A stretch of 64,000 nt of DNA, taken from contig JAZRIB010000013.1 of the NCBI GenBank assembly GCA_045645065.1, positions 230-64,229 of the forward strand. The letters run 5' to 3'. Of this stretch, positions 29,321 through 38,213 are shown one piece after another (within the stretch, counting starts at the first letter, position 1; each line of letters opens with the position of its first letter). Position numbers and translations under genes: made by a program. The stretch comes from Candidatus Enterousia sp. Lineage in GTDB: Bacteria; Pseudomonadota; Alphaproteobacteria; Rs-D84. The notes below the pieces were generated by a model. It was not told the DNA's origin. It ran no database searches and was given only the letters and a program-made list of their open reading frames with translations.

Positions 29321-30512
29321 TACAAAAATCTTTGCGAACGAAATGCGTGGTGCCAGTGTTATGGAAGTACTATTGGCGCTTGGTATTGTTGCGTTGGCAA
29401 CCCCGTTTGTATACAGTCAAATTTCGCGCAGCACCCAAACAGTACGTGATATGGCGTATGCGCACCAGATTATAGATGTTCGTGACAGTGTTTTGAATTT
29501 TGTTCGCATGAACCAAGATAAATGGCCAGATGTTGCACAAATTCGTCTTGATTCAGAAGAATTGCGTGCGATATCAGATATGCCTGTGGCGGGTCTGATT
29601 GATAAATATTCTGTACGTGGTGCAACGATAACAGATGTGTATTTAGCGTATGAAATAGGCGATGATTTAATGGCAACTGCACGAATTGCGTCACATATTG
29701 GTTCTGATGCGGCGGTTGTGTCTGATGATGGGGTGGCGTATGGCCCGTCATGGGCGGCATCTGCCCCAGATTTTAAGCCTGGGGATTTAGTGTATCGTAT
29801 AACACGTGATGTATCCGGTTCAGATACATCGCAATATTTGCATCGTGCAACATCGGGCGAAGACGAATTAAATGTAATGTTTCGTGATTTGAATATGGGC
29901 GGATACAATGTTTATAATGTTGCGTCTGTTGATGCTGATTCCGTACGTGCCAAAGAAGCAACGGCGTTTTTTGTAAATGCAAATGATATAACGGCTGAAA
30001 ACGTATATTTTTCATCTGGCGCAAACATGGAAGGGGGCGATGTTTTTATTGGAAGTATGCGTGTATCTGGCGATATAACAGGTTTCAGGGATATTTATGC
30101 AGATAAAATGAATGGCACGACATATACAACATCGGGTCGTATTATTGCAGACAAAGCAACTGTAACCAAATCGATAAACATTTCACGGGATTTGGTGTTA
30201 AAATCGGATACATCAAAAACAATCAGTGGTTTTGCAGGTTTGTCGACTGGGACTGTTGTTGCGCCTTTTTTATCAACCGAAGAAATTGTTTTTTATGAAG
30301 ATTTTGGTTTAACTGTATCTGGTGAATTATTGGTATCGACTGTTGCGCCGATTCAGATTGGTCGCTGGGTTTTTCCATCGACAACGCCACCGCGCTTTTC
30401 TAAATTTACAATATCGCGTACTACAAATCCATCAATGCCAGACAAACAAGAATTTGATGCCATAATGAAATCTGGCTGGATGCAGTCCGATGTGATAAAA
30501 CCAACGGAATAA
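29307..30512 (+). CDS. giant pseudopilin-like protein, paralogue 2
   Basis: Leader ...FNTKIFANEMRG, then ASVMEVLLALGIVALATPF (Glu at +5). Motif YLHRATSGEDELNVMFRDLNMGGYNVYNV. The start is uncertain: GTG 29301, ATG 29307 or ATG 29343. Confidence 0.7.
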   Translation: MIVFNTKIFANEMRGASVMEVLLALGIVALATPFVYSQISRSTQTVRDMAYAHQIIDVRDSVLNFVRMNQDKWPDVAQIRLDSEELRAISDMPVAGLIDKYSVRGATITDVYLAYEIGDDLMATARIASHIGSDAAVVSDDGVAYGPSWAASAPDFKPGDLVYRITRDVSGSDTSQYLHRATSGEDELNVMFRDLNMGGYNVYNVASVDADSVRAKEATAFFVNANDITAENVYFSSGANMEGGDVFIGSMRVSGDITGFRDIYADKMNGTTYTTSGRIIADKATVTKSINISRDLVLKSDTSKTISGFAGLSTGTVVAPFLSTEEIVFYEDFGLTVSGELLVSTVAPIQIGRWVFPSTTPPRFSKFTISRTTNPSMPDKQEFDAIMKSGWMQSDVIKPTE

Positions 30513-30513
30513 C

Positions 30514-31845
30514 ATGAAGCAACAAAACAGATTTTTTTCTGACATTATAAACAATTCTGTACGCGGCAGTATGCTGGTTGAATTGCTTTTAAGTGTGGCG
30601 TTGGCGGCATTGGTCATACCGTTTATATTTCAGTATCATCAAAATGCGGCCGTGCGCGCCCAGAATATTGCAATTACACAAAATATGAACGCTGTTCAAA
30701 AAGTTCTGGAACGTTATATTGTTGAAAACCGTTCTGATTTGTTGCGCACAGTTGGTAAAAATATAACACGTGTAAATCCCGAAGAATTATCAGAATACGG
30801 TCTGTCCCCTGTGATATTAGAAAACGCAGACAAATATCAATTGCGGATTCTAAAATCCACAGACGCCACCGGCAGTGCGACCTTGCAAGGGGTTGTTGTT
30901 TATACATCGCCTGATATAACGCCAATTCGTACACGTGAAATTGTAAATATTGGTGGTACGAATATGGGGTTTGTAGATGGCACACGTGCGTATGGTGCGT
31001 ACGGTGCGTGGCGTAATGATATGGCTGATATTGGAATTAATGCCACAGATGGTATTGTTGGCACAACGTCTGTTAAGCGTGATGCTGCGCTGTATTTGGT
31101 ACGATTACCATCAGATAACTTAGATGATGCAACAATGATGTCGCCGCTTAATCTGGGGGGGCATGATATAGTCAATGCAAAATTCTTTGATGCGACATCG
31201 GTCCAGTTTAATGAAGATTTGAATTTGAAAACAGGTGTTGCGCGCGACCTTATCTTTCAAAATCGTACCGCCATAGATACCACTTATACATCCCAGACCG
31301 CAACGGTTGCCGGTGGTTTGTCTGCGGATGGTCGCACGATGGATGTTTCTGGTAAATTCTTGTTGGCAGACATTGGGAAATTTGCATCGTTTACTGTTGG
31401 TGATTTATGGACTACGACAATGACATTGTCTGGGCTGTCGATTGATGCCTATGATGACAGTTATCGTGAACAGCCTGCGATATTAAAGGTTGCAGGTGCG
31501 CTGGATATGATTTCTGGTCGTATAGAAGCGATTTATACGACGGTTGGTTTTGCGGGTTCAATTACACCGCGTTTGGTTGTGTATGACAGAATCGAAGATT
31601 CTCGTAATAAAAACTATTATTGGGATGTTGCGTCGTCTACTGCAAACTTTGCAGATGTAACGCTGGCGGAACTTAATCGTTTGGCGACACTTGCATCACG
31701 TTTTGAACGTGTATCCGGCACAGACAGTACGCAATTGTTTGGTGGTGTTGTCGCAAACAAGAATGCGACAGCAGGCGATTTTATGAATGCGCTTCGTGAA
31801 ATTCAGGTGCGTGTTCGTGCGAAATATAGCCTGTTGAAATTATAA
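30514..31845 (+). CDS. giant pseudopilin-like protein, paralogue 3
   Basis: Leader MKQQNRFFSDIINNSVRG, then SMLVELLLSVALAALVIPF (Glu at +5). Motif LYLVRLPSDNLDDATMMSPLNLGGHDIVNA. It starts 1 nt after the paralogue 2 stop. Confidence 0.72.
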   Translation: MKQQNRFFSDIINNSVRGSMLVELLLSVALAALVIPFIFQYHQNAAVRAQNIAITQNMNAVQKVLERYIVENRSDLLRTVGKNITRVNPEELSEYGLSPVILENADKYQLRILKSTDATGSATLQGVVVYTSPDITPIRTREIVNIGGTNMGFVDGTRAYGAYGAWRNDMADIGINATDGIVGTTSVKRDAALYLVRLPSDNLDDATMMSPLNLGGHDIVNAKFFDATSVQFNEDLNLKTGVARDLIFQNRTAIDTTYTSQTATVAGGLSADGRTMDVSGKFLLADIGKFASFTVGDLWTTTMTLSGLSIDAYDDSYREQPAILKVAGALDMISGRIEAIYTTVGFAGSITPRLVVYDRIEDSRNKNYYWDVASSTANFADVTLAELNRLATLASRFERVSGTDSTQLFGGVVANKNATAGDFMNALREIQVRVRAKYSLLKL

Positions 31846-31870
31846 TAATTTGTGGTATAAGTGGGTTGAT

Positions 31871-32395
31871 ATGAAAATAACATGTGATTTTTGCAAGACA
31901 GAATATAACGTTCAGTCACGTCCAGGTTCGTCTGTTCGTTGTGCGATTTGTGGCAACACTTGGACTGTGCCGGCCCCAGCGCGTAAAAATGCATTTTTAA
32001 TGTTTTTTGCATCGTTGTGCGCACTGTTGTCGGTAATTGTATTTGCGGTTGCGATTGTTGTTACACATAAACCAGACCCAGACCGTGATGCACCATTGAT
32101 TGCACGTGTATCTGGGCATGAAATCATAACAAATGACGATGGTGTTCGTCATTTGGTTGTTTCGGGTACTGTTACCAACAAAACGTCTGATATTTACGGT
32201 ATGCCAGACGTTATGATTGTGTTGCGTGATGCAGATGGTCGTGTCATATCGCACCAGAAATTTATGCCGTCTGCGACATTGATTGATGCGGGTGCGACAT
32301 CGGATTTTAAGTACACTTTGTCTGCACCTGTATCATCAAATATAAAAAGTATAGATGCGCGTTTGATTGTAGATGGGGGGAAAAATGATAAATAA
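31871..32395 (+). CDS. ZitP-like protein: MJ0042-type zinc ribbon + TM helix + DUF3426-like domain
   Basis: MKITCDFCKTEYNVQSRPGSSVRCAICGNTW (CxxC...CxxC), TM FLMFFASLCALLSVIVFAVAIVV, then a beta-rich C-terminal domain (LVVSGTVTNKTSDIYGMPDVMIVLRDADGRVI). Confidence 0.72.
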   Translation: MKITCDFCKTEYNVQSRPGSSVRCAICGNTWTVPAPARKNAFLMFFASLCALLSVIVFAVAIVVTHKPDPDRDAPLIARVSGHEIITNDDGVRHLVVSGTVTNKTSDIYGMPDVMIVLRDADGRVISHQKFMPSATLIDAGATSDFKYTLSAPVSSNIKSIDARLIVDGGKNDK

Positions 32396-32855
32396 AATAC
32401 TAGCGTGTTTGTTTGGTTGTTTTTTTGCTGTATCTGCGTTTGGTGCGTCGTCTGAAAGTCTTGCGCCACGCGTATCGATTTTTTCAACCAGTACTGATTG
32501 GGAAGCGGTCACAGGTCGTATGTTAAATGAATATCATGGTACGTTTCGTGGTAAATCATCATTGATTGGCCGTGGTTTGATGGTGTATTATCTGGACGGT
32601 TTTCCGTGTTATGGTCTGGGCGACAGTGTTCAAGCATGGATAAGCCCCAATGGTGAATCATCACATCGTCTACGCTTGGCGTGTATTGCTGCGCCCCAGA
32701 CAATAAATTTTGCATGGATTCATGCGTCACGTGATGCGGACGACCAGACAACAACAGGTATCATGACGTGCAAGATTCATAGTGACGGTGGACGTGATTT
32801 TGAAATAGATTTGGCTGATTGCACGCGTGGGCCCGATTGGGATGATTATGAATAA
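32385..32855 (+). CDS. small secreted cysteine-containing hypothetical protein
   Basis: Signal peptide MINKILACLFGCFFAVSAFGA and a G6 RBS 4 nt upstream. It overlaps the zitP-like stop by 11 nt. Confidence 0.6.
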   Translation: MINKILACLFGCFFAVSAFGASSESLAPRVSIFSTSTDWEAVTGRMLNEYHGTFRGKSSLIGRGLMVYYLDGFPCYGLGDSVQAWISPNGESSHRLRLACIAAPQTINFAWIHASRDADDQTTTGIMTCKIHSDGGRDFEIDLADCTRGPDWDDYE

Positions 32856-32869
32856 AGGAATTTTTTTAT

Positions 32870-33829
32870 ATGTCAGATGTTCGTGAATTTGTTGTAGATA
32901 GCGAAAATGTTGGTGTTCGTATTGATAAGTTTTTGTCCAACCAAATGCCTGAATTTTCACGCAGTGAAATCCAAAAATTCAACGTAACGCGTTCTGGGAC
33001 ACCGATTAAGTTTTCTGAAAAAACGCGTGTTGGCGATGTGTTTTCTGTGGTTATGCCGACACCTGTGACAGATGTGGCAACTGAAAACATTTCGTCTGAT
33101 TTTGATTTGGAAATCTTGTTCGAAGACGATGATATTATCGTGATTAACAAACCGCGTGGTGTGGTTATGTATCCGTCTGCGGGGAACAAGACTGGGACAT
33201 TGGTTCAAAATATTTTAGCGCATACCCATTTGTCGATGTTGGGTGGTGATGCACGTCCCGGGGTTGTTCATCGTCTGGACAAAGATACCAGTGGCGTCAT
33301 GGTGTTTGCTAAATCAGATGTGGCGTATCGCGCGCTTGTCAAAATGTTTTCAGAACACGATTTAACCCGTAAATATGTATGTTTTGTATGGGGAATTCCA
33401 AATTGGGAAAGTGCGACAATCACTGGCAACATTGCCCGTTCATCGCGCAATCGTCAAAAAATGACAATGGTTAAAACTGGGGGCAAACCTGCGCATACAG
33501 ATGTTGCTGTGATAAATGTGTTTCCGCGTTCAGGTATCAGCCAGTTTCGTTGTACTTTAATGACGGGGCGCACACATCAAATACGTGTTCATTTGTCGTC
33601 GCACGGATTTCCAGTTGTTTGTGATCCAATTTATGGTCGTGGTTCTGCGCGTTTAGGTTCGGTTCGTGATGCAGATTTATTGGAATTCATACGCACACAT
33701 GACGGACAAATGTTGCATGCCGAATTATTGGAATTTGTGCATCCGACGACTGGCGAACTTATGCGTTTCAAAACGCACATACCAGACGATATGTCTGAAT
33801 TAAAATATCTGGTCGAAGAAATCGGATAA
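32870..33829 (+). CDS. rluD: RluA/RluD-family 23S rRNA pseudouridine synthase
   Basis: S4-like N-terminus, catalytic HRLDKDTSGVMVFAKS, and the GRTHQIRVHL motif. Confidence 0.9.
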   Translation: MSDVREFVVDSENVGVRIDKFLSNQMPEFSRSEIQKFNVTRSGTPIKFSEKTRVGDVFSVVMPTPVTDVATENISSDFDLEILFEDDDIIVINKPRGVVMYPSAGNKTGTLVQNILAHTHLSMLGGDARPGVVHRLDKDTSGVMVFAKSDVAYRALVKMFSEHDLTRKYVCFVWGIPNWESATITGNIARSSRNRQKMTMVKTGGKPAHTDVAVINVFPRSGISQFRCTLMTGRTHQIRVHLSSHGFPVVCDPIYGRGSARLGSVRDADLLEFIRTHDGQMLHAELLEFVHPTTGELMRFKTHIPDDMSELKYLVEEIG

Positions 33830-33926
33830 ATGTATTTGTTTTATCCCTAATTACCAACCAAAGCGCCAATTTTTTACTTTCCAAATTGTTGGTTTTATGT
33901 TAAAATAAAACAAAAGTATATGGAGT

Positions 33927-36900
33927 ATGGGAATGTCATTCTTTAAAAAATCGGTAAGTGTTTTGGCTGTTTTTGCTGTAATTCCTGCGGCTTTTGCGGT
34001 AACTGCGCGCCCCAGTGTAACGGCGGTTGCAAACACGGCGTCGCGTCGTTTGCCAACGCTGACGGCATATGTAAATTCAGGTACATCCACAACGGTTGGT
34101 ACAACATCGTCTGGGATATCTGATTCTGAATGTGTCGAAGCATACACCGAATGTATGAAATCAGACGAAGTTTGTGGTTCTGATTTTCAGGAATGCACAA
34201 CCCGTAAATTGTTCCACGGTCAAATGCCAAAGTGTTTGAACGTTTTGTCCCAGTGTTCATCATCTGGAATATCTAATTTGTTTGGGACATCTGCGGTTGC
34301 GTCTTTGGGCGCAATCAAGACCCAAGATTCCAAGACTGGTGAAATTCTAGATTATACATACCCAACCGATGGCAGTGTAATGGGTCAATGGGTATCTGCG
34401 GCGGCGATTAATAACCAGTATGATACATCAACATGCGTAAAACGTTATACATCATGTTTGCAAAAAGACAGTGTTTGCGGTGCAGATTTTGAATTGTGCA
34501 CCACAACCAAAGATTTCAAAAAGCAGGCATTGTTCTGTGATTCAACATTGGCGCGTTGTCAAAGTGCCGGGGTCAAAGAATTGTTTGGTGTGTATCCATG
34601 GACACCGTCCAGTGCAACAATTAATGGTCGTGTATCATCTATGATAGAAGATGGTGCAAAACTGGCGGCGTTAAATGCTGTTTCTACATGTTACAAGGTT
34701 GTAGAACAGTGTTTCTTGGGTGCATGTGCAGCCAACCCATTCCGTTGTATCGAAGGGTCAACATTGGATATGGTTGTTGCTGCGAATTTGGCATCTGAAA
34801 CCCCAGAAAACACTACATACATAGAAGAGGGCGCTACATCCACAGGAACTGTTTCAAAAACAGATGTAAATCGTTTCTTGAAAACGTCTTGTTTGGATAC
34901 AATTGGTTCAAACAAGTATTGTCATATGACATTCCGTGAAAAAACACCGACTAAGGGTGAATTAGCCGATATCGACACCCAAGAAGAAGTTTTTGATGCG
35001 GCAATCGACCAGCGTAAAAAATACGTAGATTCCAAGATTCAAGATATTATGCAGAAATTTGACACCCGTGCTAAGGATAAATGTGCCGACACAATCCGTA
35101 CATGCGCAATGCGTACCTGTGGCGAAGGAATTGGTTCGGTCTGTTATACATCTGTGTTTGATGGTAAAAACGAATCTATTAACAAAGAATCTGTACGTGA
35201 ACAAATTAAACGTGGATGTGAATCAATTGTGAATACAGACACGAATTGTCAATATGCGTATTCTGCGGTTAAAAATGAAGCGTATTCATATTCATACTTA
35301 AACGATGGTGTATTTGATACATTGTTCCCAGAATATGACGAAACAAATAAACAAGACCCAATCGGTGTTGTTGCGTCATTGAATTCAACATTGGCGAATA
35401 ATTACAGTATGTCTGCTATTGCAGAAATGAAGAAACAATGCCAATCCGTCGCAAAAAGTTGTGTCAAGACAATGTGTGGCATCGATTACGTAAATTGCTA
35501 TCGCAATCGTACAGATATTTTATCTGATTTGACTAAATCTGGTGATGATGCGTTTGACAAATCAATGAACAAGGTTGGCGGTGTACTGGATTACACAATC
35601 GTATTAGGGCTATGTATGGAAACCGTCAAAGGGGCTGATGTTTGTGATGAACACCTGAAAATAGAACAGGCGCGTCTGGCCCAGGGTGCAAATTTAACAA
35701 ACAATTGGGGCGCATCATCGTCTGTTCGTGATGGCTGGATTGATGCGGGTGGTTCTAAATCTGTAACAGTTGATACAGAAACCGTACAAAAGGTTGATGC
35801 CAACGGTAATCAAATTTGTGCTAATTCCAAAGGGGACGAAGGAATCTGTTATCAAATGGACGCTGATGCGGACGTATATGATGAACCTGTATATCAATCA
35901 TATAAAACATATCTGACGACCCAGGCGGCGACATCTTTGTTCCGTGAACTGATTTCGGACATTGAATACGAAGCCCAGGCAAAATATAATGCGAAACTGA
36001 CGAAACAGCAAAATATGTGTATGTCGGCAAATTCTGGCGGAATCATGGGTCAGAATGATTTGGCATCAACATTTATGTGGGCAAAACTGAAAAATAACAA
36101 AGTTCCAACCAATTATGCATCGGCTGGGTTGAAACCGAACCAGTTTGTGGCCAGCAATGATTTGTATGGTTCGTTCTGTCGTGTACGTGTAAATGTTCAG
36201 TCTGATAACAAAGATATCCAGGATGCTATTAACAAAGGTGCAGATTGGGCAACGGCATACTTTGCCGCCGGCGACAGTTTCACCTGTGGCAGTTGGATAA
36301 GCAGTTCAGATCTTGAAAAAATTGCAAAAATCGTTGGCGAAGATGCACGTAATAATGCGGAATTGTCCCAGAAAGAAAATCTGAAATGGTGGTTGGCGCC
36401 ATTGGGTGCGGTTGCATCTGGTGTTGGCGGTGCTTATCTGGGGGCGGGTATTGCAAACGGTGACGTATTTGGCAAATTATCCGGCCTGAACCCGAACAGA
36501 AAAGCAGGCAACACAGAAAGGGCGATTAATCTTTGTAAGAATCATGTGGCAGATGTGCAGAAATATACAGGAACGGATTTAGTTTCGTCTGCTTATAATG
36601 CAATTAAAGTTGCAAGAGAATTAGATGTGGTTTCAACAGTCATTCAAAAAGCAGTAGAAGAAACAGACGACTATGAATCCAAATATAAAGAATATGAAGA
36701 TTGTATCGAAAAAAATAAAAAGGAATCGGGTAGTTGTACAAAATCAAATCCGTCTGTACAAGTTGTTAGAGATAGATTGCTTTCATTAGGTGAGGCATGC
36801 GAAGCTGTTAAAGGTGAAGAAAAAGATAAAGCAGATACAATAAAAGGTACCAAAATTGCGGCGGGTGTAACCGGTGGCGTGTCTGCGGTTGCAGGTGGCG

Positions 36901-37067
36901 TGTTGACGTACTTTGCTACAAAATCAATCCAGCAAGAAAATCTGGATAAAACACAACAGGCTGCATATCAAAAGTTTATGGATGAAATTGGCAACCATAT
37001 CTATTGCTATATCGGTGGCGAAGAAGCCGGTCAATACGGTGACGTCATCACCACCAGTATGGAATAA
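33927..37067 (+). CDS. large secreted cysteine-rich repeat protein with two Gly-rich C-terminal hydrophobic helices (no recognisable family)
   Basis: Signal peptide ...VFAVIPAAFA|VT, GGAG RBS, and about 40 Cys by manual count arranged in repeated fixed-spacing modules. C-terminal WWLAPLGAVASGVGGAYLGAGIA and IAAGVTGGVSAVAGGVLTYFA. Confidence 0.8.
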   Translation: MGMSFFKKSVSVLAVFAVIPAAFAVTARPSVTAVANTASRRLPTLTAYVNSGTSTTVGTTSSGISDSECVEAYTECMKSDEVCGSDFQECTTRKLFHGQMPKCLNVLSQCSSSGISNLFGTSAVASLGAIKTQDSKTGEILDYTYPTDGSVMGQWVSAAAINNQYDTSTCVKRYTSCLQKDSVCGADFELCTTTKDFKKQALFCDSTLARCQSAGVKELFGVYPWTPSSATINGRVSSMIEDGAKLAALNAVSTCYKVVEQCFLGACAANPFRCIEGSTLDMVVAANLASETPENTTYIEEGATSTGTVSKTDVNRFLKTSCLDTIGSNKYCHMTFREKTPTKGELADIDTQEEVFDAAIDQRKKYVDSKIQDIMQKFDTRAKDKCADTIRTCAMRTCGEGIGSVCYTSVFDGKNESINKESVREQIKRGCESIVNTDTNCQYAYSAVKNEAYSYSYLNDGVFDTLFPEYDETNKQDPIGVVASLNSTLANNYSMSAIAEMKKQCQSVAKSCVKTMCGIDYVNCYRNRTDILSDLTKSGDDAFDKSMNKVGGVLDYTIVLGLCMETVKGADVCDEHLKIEQARLAQGANLTNNWGASSSVRDGWIDAGGSKSVTVDTETVQKVDANGNQICANSKGDEGICYQMDADADVYDEPVYQSYKTYLTTQAATSLFRELISDIEYEAQAKYNAKLTKQQNMCMSANSGGIMGQNDLASTFMWAKLKNNKVPTNYASAGLKPNQFVASNDLYGSFCRVRVNVQSDNKDIQDAINKGADWATAYFAAGDSFTCGSWISSSDLEKIAKIVGEDARNNAELSQKENLKWWLAPLGAVASGVGGAYLGAGIANGDVFGKLSGLNPNRKAGNTERAINLCKNHVADVQKYTGTDLVSSAYNAIKVARELDVVSTVIQKAVEETDDYESKYKEYEDCIEKNKKESGSCTKSNPSVQVVRDRLLSLGEACEAVKGEEKDKADTIKGTKIAAGVTGGVSAVAGGVLTYFATKSIQQENLDKTQQAAYQKFMDEIGNHIYCYIGGEEAGQYGDVITTSME
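34128..34286 (+). repeat. six-Cys module copy 1 (protein-level repeat, residues 68-120)
   Basis: ECVEAYTECMKSDEVCGSDFQECTTRKLFHGQMPKCLNVLSQCSSSGISNLFG; spacing C-x6-C-x6-C-x6-C-x12-C-x6-C. Confidence 0.85.
34431..34589 (+). repeat. six-Cys module copy 2 (residues 169-221)
   Basis: TCVKRYTSCLQKDSVCGADFELCTTTKDFKKQALFCDSTLARCQSAGVKELFG has Cys spacing identical to copy 1, although the DNA has diverged. Confidence 0.85.
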
Positions 37068-37079
37068 ATAAATTAAAAT

Positions 37080-37112
37080 AAAAAATCCCCCGCATGGGGG
37101 ATTTTATTTTTT
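37080..37112. terminator. bidirectional terminator between the Cys-rich gene and rlmN
   Basis: A-run, stem atccccc/gggggat with gcat loop, then a T-rich run. Confidence 0.8.
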
Positions 37113-38210
37113 CTTGGCATTATTTAATCGCAATTGTCCACACGCAGAACCAATATCTGTACCACGTTCACGACGAATACGTGTGTGAATTCCGTTTTTT
37201 ATCAGAATGTCTTGGAATCTGTGTACTGCATTACCAGATGGTGATGCAAAATCACGCTCATCAACTGCGTTCCATGGTATCAAATTGACCATACAATTTT
37301 TACCCTTTAATAATTCAGACAGTTTTTCTGCGTATTCTGGCGTTGCGTTATAAAGTTCGATTTCGCCATTATCTGTGCGCCGTCCCAACAGTATATATTC
37401 AATCATTAATTGGCGGTTGTGTGTGTCTGTGAAACGCCACGCTGCGTCTAAAACATCGCTTAATTTATATTTATTATTTATCGGCATTATTTGCGAGCGT
37501 AATTCATCTGATGGTGCATGCAATGATATTGCCAGATTGATTGGCCGCCCCCATTCGATTAACCGTTCAATACCAGGTACAATCCCGCACGTAGATACTG
37601 TTATCCGGCGCCAGCCAATTCCCATATCGTGATTTGCACGTTCTATAAAATCAATTACGTTTTCTGTGTTTTGCAGTGGTTCACCCGTTCCCATAATAAC
37701 AATATGAGAAACATCGTTATTATTTGCGTCACCGTTTGGTCGAATTGGTTTGTCGCTGAATTTATCATTTCGCAATTCCCACTGTGCAACCAATATTTGT
37801 GCAAATATTTCGTTTGCGGTTAAATTACGTTTAAGACCTAATAAAGTACTGGCACAGAAACGACATCCCATTGCACATCCGGCCTGGGAACTGACACAAA
37901 CGCTGTTGCCGTATGTTGTGCGCATTAACACACATTCAATCGTTTCGCCATCATGTAATTCCAGCAAAAATTTTGTTGTTTCACCGTCTGCTGATTCTAA
38001 TTTTTTAATAATTTTAACAGGTAATGTTTGTGCCACCGCATCTAAATCATTTCTTAATGTTTCTGGTATGTTTTTCATAGACGCCGCATCTGGCGCGCCA
38101 CGTAACAACCATTCGCGAATTTGTTTAGCACGGAATTTTGGTTGCCCCAATGATTCTACAAACTGGGTTAATTCTGAATCTGATAAATTAAATAATATTT
38201 TCTTGGTCAT
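37104..38210 (-). CDS. rlmN: 23S rRNA/tRNA (adenine-C2)-methyltransferase, radical SAM
   Basis: FRAKQIREWL N-terminus, radical SAM cluster CAMGCRFCAS, and C-terminal GSACGQL. Confidence 0.93.
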   Translation of the reverse strand: MTKKILFNLSDSELTQFVESLGQPKFRAKQIREWLLRGAPDAASMKNIPETLRNDLDAVAQTLPVKIIKKLESADGETTKFLLELHDGETIECVLMRTTYGNSVCVSSQAGCAMGCRFCASTLLGLKRNLTANEIFAQILVAQWELRNDKFSDKPIRPNGDANNNDVSHIVIMGTGEPLQNTENVIDFIERANHDMGIGWRRITVSTCGIVPGIERLIEWGRPINLAISLHAPSDELRSQIMPINNKYKLSDVLDAAWRFTDTHNRQLMIEYILLGRRTDNGEIELYNATPEYAEKLSELLKGKNCMVNLIPWNAVDERDFASPSGNAVHRFQDILIKNGIHTRIRRERGTDIGSACGQLRLNNAKKK

Positions 38211-38213
38211 AAT

